From contig NC_086108.1 in assembly GCF_963921235.1 (NCBI RefSeq), forward strand, positions 78,928,001-78,992,000: a stretch of 64,000 bases of DNA. The letters run 5' to 3'. Shown in pieces: positions 52,768-64,000 of the stretch (position 1 is its first letter; every line of letters begins with the position of its first letter). A model generated the notes under the pieces. That model worked only from the letters and a program-made list of their open reading frames with translations, was not told the origin of the DNA and did not search any database. This DNA is from Mobula hypostoma (Eukaryota). The position numbers and the translations under genes are program-made.

Positions 52768-53639
52768 CAGCATAAAATACATTTGGAAATCACATTCTAA
52801 GTGGATTGATAGGCGGCCATTTACCATTCAGCATGTAAAGCTGAATTTAAAATACAATTACTTTTCAATGTTTAGTTAAGAAAGCAGTGAAACATCTTTA
52901 ATCTGCTTGTATGTTTACTTTCCAGCAAGCTTTTTAATCTTTATCTGTATATACAAGCAGATATATTCAAAATCAGGTGTTGAAGCAAATGAAGATAGTC
53001 ATTTCAAACCAATGCATCTTAATGGCAGGGATAGAAAAATCAGATCACAGTTTACAGTTAATGTACACCAAACAATAATAAATAACTAGGTCCAAGCATG
53101 ATTAACCCAATGTATAATCAAAATTCAACCTCAAATTTCTACATTAAAAAATGTGCTGTTGTAACATTTGTTTCCATTCATTACCATCAAGTCCATCCTG
53201 CATGTCAAATTCTGTCTGAAGTTCCCAGTTTATGATTAATTCCTCAAATATTCAGCTTTTAATATTAGAATCAAATCAGAAAGCATGGAAATGGGCTCTT
53301 CAGCTCACTTAGTCCTACCGACCATCAAATGTTTTTTTTAAAAATAAAAATCTCACTTCATTTTTCTCCACTTTCACATCAATTCCCTCCGTCCCTAGAT
53401 TCTACCACTCACTACGGTTTTAGAAGCCATCAACCTGCATGCCTTTTCCCACTATCCAACCTCCTGCTCTGACACATTTTAGTGACAAATCTTCAAGCAA
53501 TGAGCAATTAATTCCCCCCCTCCACAAAAATTCCATTTCAAACTTGGGTCACAACTGCATTTTAACCTGCCTATTTTCAACTTTACTCTGTATAACAACC
53601 TTAGAAAAAAAAAGATCTAGTGCTTTCTTGACATATATT

Positions 53640-54110
53640 ATGAATAAACTCTCAGACTTCCAGCCAGTACAGGTATAGATTTTAACTGATATTTTGGTGA
53701 CAACTCTGCCATCTCATCAGGGATAATGCCGAGGCATGTGTAGTCCGGTGTTCACCGCCATCATCCATCCCTCCTTTGCCGTACCCATGGCTCTTTGGAC
53801 CACCTGGTGAAGGAAGCCATTGAAATAAAACCAGAGGAAAAAAATTTTAACAAAGACAAAGTCTTACTCCAAGAAAGAACTGGAATTCAATTTCAAACAA
53901 GGTGGGACAGTGGAAACCTGATTGGATGAGGACTAACCAATCAGGAGGAACAACGGGAACATATACCACAGGACAAGACATGACTCAGCATCATCCCCAA
54001 TGAAGATTTGCACAGTTTGACGTCGAAACATTGGTTAAAGATCGATACCTGCACCCAGCTGGAAACCCAAAAAGTTTACATAATAACCTTACATGGAAAC
54101 CAAGTTAAAA
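53640..54110. mobile_element. short inverted Penelope-like element (second family)
   Basis: Inverted terminal arms around a KEAIEIKPEEKNFNKD peptide (end of the PLE GIY-YIG region); degenerate CTGATGA/GAAAC motifs. Confidence 0.6.
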
Positions 54111-54972
54111 TAATAAAATTATTTATATTTATTGGTACCACTATATGCACCATGTTTCTCAAGTTACATCCAGCAGTTAAATCATCCAGCTGATCACCCA
54201 CCTTAATAAAACTAATTCTGTGTCACCAAATTCCTTTAATTTGTTGCTATAGTACTAAAGCAGATTATGGGGACAACAATTTAAACACTGAACTTTTGTA
54301 GCCTACTCAACAACAGCATTACAAAGCTCAATAAGGACAGAATTTTAACCAAATGTTCCAATTCATCCAACCAACTAGCACTTCAGAAGAAAATGAATCT
54401 ATAATTTTATGTTCTGCCCAACAGTTAGCATAGCATCTAATAACTATTATCAGAAATACAAAGGCTTGCATACATGGCACAGTACTAGTAAAAGACAGTC
54501 AATTAAACTAAAGTAATTTAAGAACTTCCTTTGATTATTCAGCAAACTATTTCCAAACAAAGATGATTTATGGAAGTAATTTATCTTTTACTTTAGTTAA
54601 CCTGGAAAAATGTGAATCAAATTTTGTAACTAATCTGCAAAGAATGAATCATTTTACAGCTAAATCTCAGTGTACAAAATTAATAAAAAATCAAACTGGC
54701 TGTGAATGTAACACATTCAACCAATATTGATCATATCTTATTGCAATTTTCAAATGCTTTTCAAACAAAGACACCCCCAGTTACTCGTTCATTGCTCCGG
54801 GGCGGGGGGGGGGAGTGGCAGAGAGAAGAATTATTATTAAAACCAATAAAAGTTAGCCAACTAATGCACCTTTGATTATCCCAGGGAGCCAGAGAGGTAA
54901 TTTGTATTGAAACTTCCACTTTTGTTACATTATTACACTACTGTGCAATGAAGATGAATAAAGATAAAGCAA

Positions 54973-54978
54973 TTTATT
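54973..54978 (-). promoter_or_regulatory. candidate ATP6V0B polyadenylation signal (AATAAA)
   Basis: TTTATT on the plus strand about 820 nt past the stop codon, followed on the minus strand by U-rich sequence. Confidence 0.45.
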
Positions 54979-55795
54979 TTTTTTTTAAAAACAGTTGCAG
55001 CCTGAAGAACCAAAATGATCATTTTCATCATGTTGAGTTTTAATAAGGCCTAAAATACTGTCAGGGAACTAGATATTTAAATTGCATTTGCTAGAGTAAC
55101 TCAATCTTAATTGGTGTTGGTACATCAATGATAAACTCTCCAATGCAAGTACAAACTAACATGCACAATACTTTAAAAACTGCATTGGGTAAAATGCGTA
55201 CAAAATGGTGTGTACGAGAAGAGGTGGTTTGCTGAAGACCCATATACAAATTCTTTACTTCTGAATTTGTAATTTCGATGTAACATTCATTTTCTCCACT
55301 ACATTTACAAGCAAAACACAGTTCAGTTGAGGTACACAACAGTTGATTTTTGTATGTCTCATTCATTACAGTTTTAGTATGATCTCCACAAGTCTCACAG
55401 GCCTAATATTAAGATCATGGCGATGTTACATCAATATTTTCAGCTCTTGCGTATACCAGTCAAAAAAGGATCAACTTCACCATTTGAACATGATAATGAA
55501 AGAAGTCTTCAACATTCAGTCTCAAAGATCCATTCCCATCGCAAAATCCAAGTGGGCAATAAACTGTCACATTAAACTACAGACTAAACTACGGAATACT
55601 GTTGGACAGCACCTGGCCTGTTTTGCAGAATTGATCAGAAATTGCATCCAAATATATCACAAATCATTCTTGAAGCAAATGATGAGTTTAAAAACCACAA
55701 ACAATATATTGGGAAAATATACACTTAAATAAATTATTTACAACAAATCTTGGTCTCATTTCCACAACTTTAGACTCTCCACGTCTTCATGAACT

Positions 55796-55822
55796 CTAGT
55801 CTCCCATTTTCACTTTGGATGT
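55796..55822 (-). CDS. ATP6V0B: ATP6V0B last coding exon (TSKVKMGD*)
   Basis: tttttcatttctgcag|ACA TCC AAA GTG AAA ATG GGA GAC TAG; matches the conserved C-terminus (human ...AILQTSRVKMGD). Confidence 0.93.
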   Translation of the reverse strand, partial: TSKVKMGD

Positions 55823-56281
55823 CTGCAGAAATGAAAAAGGTAACGTTCAATTTTATAGAGCAATTTTTTTTTAAAGCAGGTGCAGCATCAAGTTTGTGAG
55901 GGATAACTAAAATTTCCCCCCCTCCTCCACCAACCCACAAATAACCTATTAACTCATGACGCTTAGCATCTTCATTCTGCACTGTTACACCGAGTACAGT
56001 GATTCGCATTCAAGGATGTATTCTACTCTTAAATGCAAAAAAAATTAGAAGTATATTCATGAATGCTCGACAATTTCCACCGGATCTGCTGAACATCTCC
56101 AGCAATTTGTTTACTCATGAGGGGTCAATTACAATGTTGTTGAATCCGCTGCGTTTAAAATAATGGATATAAGAATGATCAAAAATGTTTAGTAGACTTA
56201 CGTTAGTTAGTATGAAGGGAAACATGATATGGAAACTTAAATTCTTAAGTCAGGGAAGCAAAACAAATATTAAACCATAGT

Positions 56282-56475
56282 GGGGTATATGGGGTGTCAG
56301 GGAGGGGTAGCACCTCTGGTGGGAGAACATGTCGCGTCCTTTTCAGGGCGGTTAGTCCACCTTTGGTCCCCACCTGGCACTCAGCTCTCACCTGTGGCTC
56401 CCCGTAGCTGTTTGCATGCGACAGCGGCCACACCCCGGGCAACGGCTTCGACAAGCCGGCTAAACCAGGTGAGGG
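56282..56475 (+). ncRNA. HDV-like (delta-like) self-cleaving ribozyme
   Basis: P1 GGGGTGT (56291-97, or GGGGTAT 56282-88)/ACACCCC; P2 CTCTCACCTG/CAGGTGAGGG; P3 GGC/GCC; L3 TCCCCGT; GG-GCAA; P4 CGGCTT-CGAC-AAGCCG; J4/2 GCTAAA. Confidence 0.72.
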
Positions 56476-56822
56476 TAGCCGACGGGTCTCAAACCCTCGG
56501 TGAGATAGGGAGTTGTCTATCCCAGCATGTGAAGATAGACTCTGGTGGACTGAGCGGACGAGACCAATGGAAGGTCCAACGGTCGAGAAGGTGGTCTCTG
56601 CAAGCGTCGTGGAACATGTAGAGCAGGACAAGACACAGAAGATGTCCTGGTCATCCGCCATCTAGACTCTGTCTTGCCACTGGACCCAGATGGGAATTGG
56701 GAAGAGAGTGAGGCTGACGCTGCGCAACTCTCCCTCACTTAAATCCAAATCACGCGCTAGTCTCGACACTATCATAATGGTGTCGAGGTCCTCATCGACG
56801 TCAACGATGGACGAACAACAAC
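56283..56822 (+). mobile_element. non-autonomous, probably RTE-derived retroelement in the last ATP6V0B intron
   Basis: CpG-rich, no RT ORF, (ACA)n tail, TSD AAACCAYAGTG (56272-56282 / 56823-56833), and a 5' HDV-like ribozyme. Confidence 0.8.
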
Positions 56823-57368
56823 AAACCACAGTGAAAATTGAGAATGGAACACTAGACTAACAGAAATTCGAGTGGAATAAGAAGTTCCCAGTAAAGATCT
56901 AAGCAAGCTAGAATTTGACACGGTTTGAGGATGGAAGGCACACTGGGAAGCTATTATAACATTAGGGCCTGCAGGCTTCACAAGGTTCCGATGGCAGGTG
57001 GAAGCAGCCAGTCCTTAGATGGGGCAATGCAGATTTTTAGAGGATGATGATGGCAATGACAGTGGATGTCAGAATACAGTACCTCAGGAAAAAATTGTAG
57101 CAAGTATTGATATTGTACAGGATCCAAAAAAATATTTCGAACATTGAAATGCTGGTTAGTTTGAACTCAGAAGGGCAGAAGTTACTGACATCAAAAGCAT
57201 GAACTAGTGACAACTAGCACATCTGGTGATTATTCAGTCATATGGCTGGGATTTATCATAGGTACAATCATCCAATGCAATCTATGGGACAGGCTTAAAG
57301 AATCAGCAAGTCTCTTCAGCTTTTGTAAAGTAATATTGAAACTTTAAACAATAACATTATTCACTAAA

Positions 57369-59720
57369 CGCAGTATGTGAGCTGTACAACCAGAGGGGAG
57401 AGGACTCTGGATTTGATGTACGCTAACGTTAAGGATACATACAGCTCCTCTCCCCTCCCCCCATTGGGAAGGTCAGATCACAACCTGGTGCATCTCAAAC
57501 CCTGCTACGTGCCTCTGGTGAAGAGTAAACCTGCAACCTCGAGGACAGTGAGGAAATGGTCGGAGGAGGCTTATGAGGTGCTCCAGGGTTGTTTTGAGGT
57601 GACAGACTGGCAGGCACTCTGTGAGCCACATGGAGAGGATATTGATGGGCTCACAGAGTGCATCACTGATTACATCAACTTCTGTGTGGACTGCAATGTT
57701 CCTACAAGAACTGTCCTTTGTTATTCAAATAACAAGCCATGGGTAACAAAGGACATTAAGGACATCCTGAACGCTAAAAAGAGGGTGTTTAGAGATGGAA
57801 ATAGGGAGGGGCTGAGGGCAATACAGAGGGACCTGAAAGCCGGGATCAGGGAGGCTAAAGACAGGTACAGGAGGAAGCTTGAGTGGAAACTCCAGCAGAA
57901 CAACATGAGAGAGGTCTGGAGTGGGATGAGGACCATCACTGGGTTCTGGGAAACTAACAGCAGAGAAGCTGAAGGCAGTGTGGACAGGACCAACGAACTT
58001 AACCTGTTCTTTAACAGATTTGACATTGTGGCCCCTGCCCATCCCCCATATGAGTCATCTGTTGTCGGCCCCCAACCAAAAAATATTCCACTCTCCCTTC
58101 CTACCCCTCCTCACAGTCCCCCACCCTGCTCTCATGACTATACCCTTTCCCCACACAAAACCACCACCGTGGGCTTCACAGCTGAACAGGTGAGAAGACA
58201 GCCGAAACGTCTCAACCCAAGCAAGGCTGCAGGACCGGATAGTGTCAGTACCAGGGTGCTCAAAGCCTGTGCCCCTCAGCTATGTGGAGTACTTTGCCAT
58301 GTCTTCAACCTGAGCCTGAGGCTCCGGAGGATTCCTGTGCTGTGGAAAACGTCCTGCCTCATCCCTGTGCCGAAGAGGCCGTGCCCCAGCGGCCTCAATG
58401 ACTACAGACCAGTGACACTGACCTCCCACATCATGAAGACCCTGGAGAGACTTGTTTTGGAGCTGCTCCAGCCGATGGTTAGGCCACACTTAGATCCCCT
58501 CCAGTTCACCTACCAGCCCCAACTAGGAGTTGAGGATGCATCGTCCACCTGCTGAACCGTGTCCATGCCCACCTGGACAAGCCAGCAAGCACTGTGAGGG
58601 TCATGTTTTTGACTTCTCCAGTGCGTTCAACACCATCCGCCCTGCTCCGCTGGGGGAGAAGCTGACAGCGATGCAGATGGATGCTTTCCTGGTGTCATGG
58701 ATTCTTGATTACCTGACTGGCAGACCACAGTACGTGTGCTTGCAACACTGTGTGTCCCACAGAGTGATCAGCAGCACTGGGGCTCCACAGGGGACTGTCT
58801 TGTCTCCCTTTCTCTTCACCATCTACACCTCGGACTTCAACTACTGCACAGAGTCTTGTCATCTTCAGAAGTTTTCTGATGACTCTGCCATAGTTGGATG
58901 CATCAGCAAGCAAGATGAGGCCAAGTACAAGGCTACGGTAGGAAACTTTGTCACATGGTATGAGCAGAATTATCTGCAGCTTAATGTGAAAAAGACTAAG
59001 GAGCTGGTGGTAGACCTGAGGAGAGCTAAGGTACCGGTGACCCCAGTTTCCATCCAGGGCGTCAGTGTGGACATGGTGGAGGATTACAAATACCTGGGGA
59101 TACGAATTGACAATAAACTGGACTGATCAAAGAACACTGAGGCTGTCTACAAGAAGGGTCAGAGCCGTCTCTATTTCCTGAGGAGACTGAGGTCCTTTAG
59201 CATCTGCTGGACGATGCTGAGGATGTTCTACGAGTCTGTGGTGGCCAGTGCTATCATGTTTGCTGTTGTGTGCTGGGGCAGCAGGCTGAGGGTAGCAGAC
59301 ATCAACAGAATCAACAAACTCATTCGTAAGGCCAGTGATGTTGTGGGGATGGAACTGGACTCTCTGATGGTGGTGTCTGAAAAGAGGATGCTGTCCAAGT
59401 TGCTTGCCATCTTGGACAATGTCTCCCATCCACTACATAATGTACTGGTTGGGCACAGGAGTACATTCAGCCAGAGATTCATTCCACCGAGATGCAACAC
59501 AGAGCGTCATAGGAAGTCATTCCTGCCTGTGGCCATCAAACTTTACAACTCCTCCCTTGGAGGGTCAGACACTCTGAGCCAATAGGCTGGTCCTGGACTT
59601 ATTTCCTGGCATAATTTACATATTACTATTTAACTATTTATGGTTTTATTACTATTATTTATGGTGCAACTGTAATGAAAACCAATTTCCCCCGGGATCA
59701 ATAAAGTATGACTATGACTA
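57369..59720 (+). mobile_element. Rex1/Babar LINE, 5'-truncated and relatively young, in the last ATP6V0B intron
   Basis: ORFs 57377..58555 (endonuclease end GRSDH, KAAGPD), 58530..59126 (FSSAFNTI, GAPQGTVLSP, KFSDD) and 59214..59585; AATAAA and an (ATGACT)n tail. Confidence 0.93.
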
Positions 59721-60054
59721 AGACTAGCTTTTTGTGCCAAGTCCTATCAGCAAAATTATACATATTGAGCTACCACTTCATGATCACACCAAACTCTCAA
59801 ATGAATTCAGCAGACTGACCATGTGATAGATTTTATACCAATCATTGCCACACACAAATTATTTTCGATAAGTACATGCATGGGAAGGAAATGAAGGGCT
59901 ATGGTTCCAAGTGCAGATCAATGGAACCAAGTAGAATAATAGTTCAGCACAGACTGGATGGGCCAAAGGGCCGACTTCTGTGGTGTAGTGTTCTGTGACT
60001 ATCACTATTATTAAATCTGAACCCATGTTTGGAGTGTGCATATCCAGCTCCTTA

Positions 60055-60300
<246 letters not shown>

Positions 60301-60920
60301 CTACTGAAGTGGAAGCAAAACAGTAAAACCATACAACCATTCCCCCTCCAAAATGCGTAAGTAACAATGTGCAACCATTCTTTCAGAAAGCAGAGATTGC
60401 ATGTCATCTGAATACAATATTTCTAACCACCAAAGTAAATGGAAGGAACAAAAATATCCACCCAATGCATTGTGAAGCAACAAATTGGCAGTTATTACAG
60501 TTGTTTTATCTCAATGTACATGGCTAGCATGTCTTAAAGCACCTTTAGCGATGAGATCAGAAATTGTTAATCCATTGAAATGTTGGCTGAAATTCCCACC
60601 CATAATCAAAGACTGCAAATACAGATCATGTATTTCAACTAGATGATTATTAAATAATATGAAAAATGCAGATGAGGAAAATATTAGACTTAAGTTAACC
60701 AAGTTTAAAATAGAACTAAACATCTGCTTTAAAATAAGTTTTGGTATCTTATTATGGGTATGTAGAGGACAGCGAGGAAGGCGAACTAAGTTTGCAGCAG
60801 GATATGGACCTGGAAAAATGGCAGATGGAATTTAATGCAGACAAGTGTGAGATGTTATGCTTGAGGAAGACTTGAATGGAAGGGCACTGAGCACAGTAGA
60901 AAATTTGAACTAGTAGAGGG

Positions 60921-61480
60921 GTAATGATGCAGCTCTATAAAACTCTGGTTAGGCCACACTGGGAGTACTGTGTCCAGTTCTGGTCACCTCACTATAGGAA
61001 GGATGTGGAAGCACTGGAAAGGGTACAGAGGAGATTTACCAGGATGCTGTCTGGTTTAGAGAGTATGGATTATGATCAGAGATTAAGGGAGCTAGGGCTT
61101 TACTCTTTGGAGAGGAGGATGAAAGGAGACAAGATAGAGGTATACAAGATAATAAGAGGAATAGATAAGAGTGGACAGCCAATGCCTCTTCCCCAGGGCA
61201 CCACTGCTCAGTACAAGAGGACATGGCTTTAAGGTAAGGGGTGGGAAGTTCAAGGGGGATATTAGAGGAAGGTTTTTTTACTCAGAGAGTGGTTGGTGCG
61301 TGGAATGCACTGCTTGAGTCAGTGGTGGAGGCAGATACACTAGTGAAACTTAAGAGACTGCTAGACAGGTATATAGAGAAATTTAAGGTGGGGGGGTTAT
61401 ATGGGAGGTAGGATTTGAGGGTCAGCACAACATTGTGGGCCAAAGGGCCTGTACTGTGCTGTACTATTCTATGTTCTATA
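60921..61480 (+). mobile_element. CR1 3' fragment in an ATP6V0B intron
   Basis: Closely similar to 5550-6110; ORF 60924..61232. Confidence 0.92.
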
Positions 61481-62079
61481 GAACGTTTGAAATAAAAGGA
61501 GGTAATCCATCTGTCCCGTCAAGCCTGCTCCACCACTCAATAAGATCATGGCTGATCTGACCATGGACTCATCGCCACCTACCTGCCTTCTCCCCATAAC
61601 TCTCAATTCCCCTATGTAAAAATCTATCCAACCTTGTCTTAAATATATTTACTGAGATAGCCTCCACTGCTTCATTACAGAGAACTTCATAGATTCACCA
61701 CTCTTTTGAACTTGGAGGTTAAATAGTTACTTGCAGCCACTTTTCTAAAGATACCAGTTACAATGTGCAATTTTGGCAATATTATAATCAATAAATTCAA
61801 ATCAAAAAAAATAAATTAATTAAATGATAAGAGCACTCCTAGACTTTATATTAAACATATAATCATCTTACCAAGCTTTACGAACAGCCTGGATACCTTC
61901 TACTGGCAGCTGCACCAAGTGCCATTCCAAGTAGACCAGGTGTCTGAACTCCAGCAACACAGGATTGACTGAGCTTTAGTGTTGTCTGAACTTGAAGATT
62001 CTCCCCATCGCTGTTTGGACATTCCCTCAGGTAGCAGTTTCCTCCAAAATCCCAAAAATTAATTGCATACTGCAAGTTA

Positions 62080-62280
62080 GTTGTCCCTTTTGTGCCTCAT
62101 GGCACATCGGGCGGTAACCTTGCCATTTCTTTAGCTTTTGTCTTTTAAAAAAAATGAGGCAGAGTTGCCAGCTTGACACTTAACCTAGCACAGATGGAGA
62201 GCATGCAAGGAACCGGCTGGATTCAAAGCCAGGACCACTTGCCTCCAAGTCCGGTGTGGATGCCACTACACCACCATTTG
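62080..62280 (-). mobile_element. tRNA-derived SINE
   Basis: A-box TGGTGTAGTGG, B-box-like CTTTGAATCC, and a 15-bp TSD GCATACTGCAAGTTA. Confidence 0.75.
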
Positions 62281-62494
62281 GCATACTGCAAGTTAATTCC
62301 AGTTTAAATGGCCCATGGGATGACCAGGAGAATGATAATGGCCATGAAAGAGAGAAAATAGGTTATGTGGAAAAAAACATCCCCAAAGATCTTGCAAATC
62401 TGGAATAATAGCTCCCTGAAACAAATCGTCCATTTCAAAGAATTACATAAAATATTCAAATTTTAAAATCTGTAAAAGAGAAAACCAAACAAAC

Positions 62495-62546
62495 CTGCTT
62501 GATAATTTCTAGCACCAATTGTCTGAGGTGTAGTGCCACTGAATGG
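62495..62546 (-). CDS. ATP6V0B: ATP6V0B internal coding exon (52 nt, PFSGTTPQTIGARNYQA-G)
   Basis: Minus strand reads ttttctccccacag|CCA TTC AGT...CAA GCA G|gtttgt. The peptide matches the luminal loop of vertebrate c'' subunits, and the phase-1 end joins the next exon in frame. Confidence 0.93.
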
Positions 62547-62774
62547 CTGTGGGGAGAAAAACATTTAAATTGAACTTCAGTCATTCGCTCATCATCTAAC
62601 ACAACTCATCTAAGCAAAGCTTTTTGTTACACAGTTGAATCAATTTTCACAGGGTTTAGCTATTTCAGTGAATTTTGTCAGATCCTTCCCACAATTCCTT
62701 AAAATAACCTGGTTCTACAATCAAATAGTCAGACACCCAAATGCAAGGAGTGCCTTCTGTAGTCACATCTAAAG

Positions 62775-63005
62775 ATTTTAAAGATTAGTTTTGCCACATG
62801 TACATTGAAACATACAGTGGAAGACATTGTATAAAGTCATATCTGTGAGGATTATGCTGGGGCAGCCTGCAAATGTCACATTTTCCAGTGGCATCACAGC
62901 ATGCCCACAACTCACTAAACTTAACCATACATCTTTGGAGTGTGGGAAGAAACCAGAGCACCTGGAGGAAACCCATATAGTCACGTGTAGAATGTACAAA
63001 CTTTG
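62775..63005 (-). mobile_element. V-SINE-like remnant
   Basis: tgtgggaagaaaccagagcacctggaggaaaccca...tacaaact core. Confidence 0.6.
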
Positions 63006-63457
63006 AGCTAGCTGATATAGAGAAATATTATGAAAAGTTCTAGAAAATTAAATTAAATCCAAGATCTACTTTGTGATCTCTATTCTACTTCCATTTCAAG
63101 ACAATATAGTTTTTAACCACAAGAATGAAGGAAGACAAATTGCCCAACAGCTCTGATAGCTAAAACTGGTTTTAAGAAACTCAAGAATTTGGACTTGCAT
63201 TATGTGCAGAATTGTGTAAGCAAATCCAGGTTCTACTAACACTTTGAAAATACCACTAAATAATCACCCATTCTTGGAGATGATAACCTAGTATGATCTA
63301 CACAAATATCAAGAGCTTCCATCTGTAAGACTTAATAGCCACTGCCACCGTGTTACACAGCTTGCATCCATTCAATGTTTTGAGGAGCTAAAGGGGAAAC
63401 ATTGCATTAAACAATGAATAATTTACACAAATTGACAAGTTATTTATCAATTAGATA

Positions 63458-64000
63458 AAGGTGTCCCCCGCTTTTAGAACGTTCGCTTTACGAAACCTCG
63501 CTGTTACGAAAGACCTACTTTAGTATCGTTTTCGCTTTCAGAAGATGTTTTCACTGTTACGAAAAAAAATCAGCGCGCGCCCTGAGCAGCCGCTCTCCCC
63601 CGGATTTGGAATGGCATTGCTTTAACACGAGCCTGTGAGCAGTCGTTTGCAAGATGAGTTCTATGGTATCAGAAAAGCCTGAAAGAGCTCGTAAGGGTGT
63701 TACACAGTGTAAAACTAGACATAATTAAGCGTTTTGATTGTGGTGAACGAAGTAAGAACAACGTGAGTTTGGCTTGTGGAAGCTGACGAACATGATGTTG
63801 AAGGGGTTTTGGCATCCCATGACCAAGAACTGACAGATGAAGAGCTCATGCAATTGGAAGAAAAAAGGACAACAATCGAAACAGAATGAGTAATGATAAA
63901 GTACGACTTTAATTTTGAAAGGGTACGTGGGTTTAGGGGATATTTGCAGGATGGTTTGAGTCCTTACAAAGAACTGTGCGATAGGAAAATGCGCGAGGCT
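63458..64000 (+). mobile_element. Tigger/pogo element, internally deleted, running off the window
   Basis: TA|(C/A)AGGTGTCCCCCGCTTT TIR-like start; HTH peptide VKLDIIKRFDCGERSK joined to the C-terminal VLASHDQELTDEELMQLEE. Confidence 0.75.

Noticed and set aside
54799..54818. G-rich run as a G-quadruplex element
   Set aside because: A simple G homopolymer tract with no supporting context.
62325..62350. atggccattatcatt (MAIII) on the minus strand, resembling the upstream ATP6V0B exon
   Set aside because: It lies in the wrong order (downstream of the 52-nt exon) and the similarity does not extend.

Overview
Eukaryotic, vertebrate genomic DNA. The repeat repertoire (CR1 with SGNH-esterase ORF1, HE1/V-SINE-like elements, Rex1, Penelope) suggests a cartilaginous fish; this is an inference. 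The only host gene I can support is the 3' end of ATP6V0B (V-ATPase c'' proteolipid) on the minus strand: three coding exons of 52, 191 and 27 nt with GT-AG boundaries, the earlier exons lying beyond the right edge. Most of the rest is nested transposable elements: CR1, Rex1/Babar, L1, Nimb/I, RTE-derived, Penelope-like, solo LTRs, Tc1, hAT, Tigger and SINEs/MITEs. Most ORF-track hits are broken TE reading frames. The most interesting signal is catalytic RNA in small retroelements. (i) Two apparently different short non-coding elements carry HDV-like ribozyme folds that share an unusual hairpin inserted between L3 and the 3' strand of P3. (ii) Several short, TSD-flanked fold-back elements are built from Penelope termini and turn within the minimal hammerhead ribozyme; a larger inverted Penelope carries two hammerheads. 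All folds and boundaries were read by eye, and none were computed or searched.
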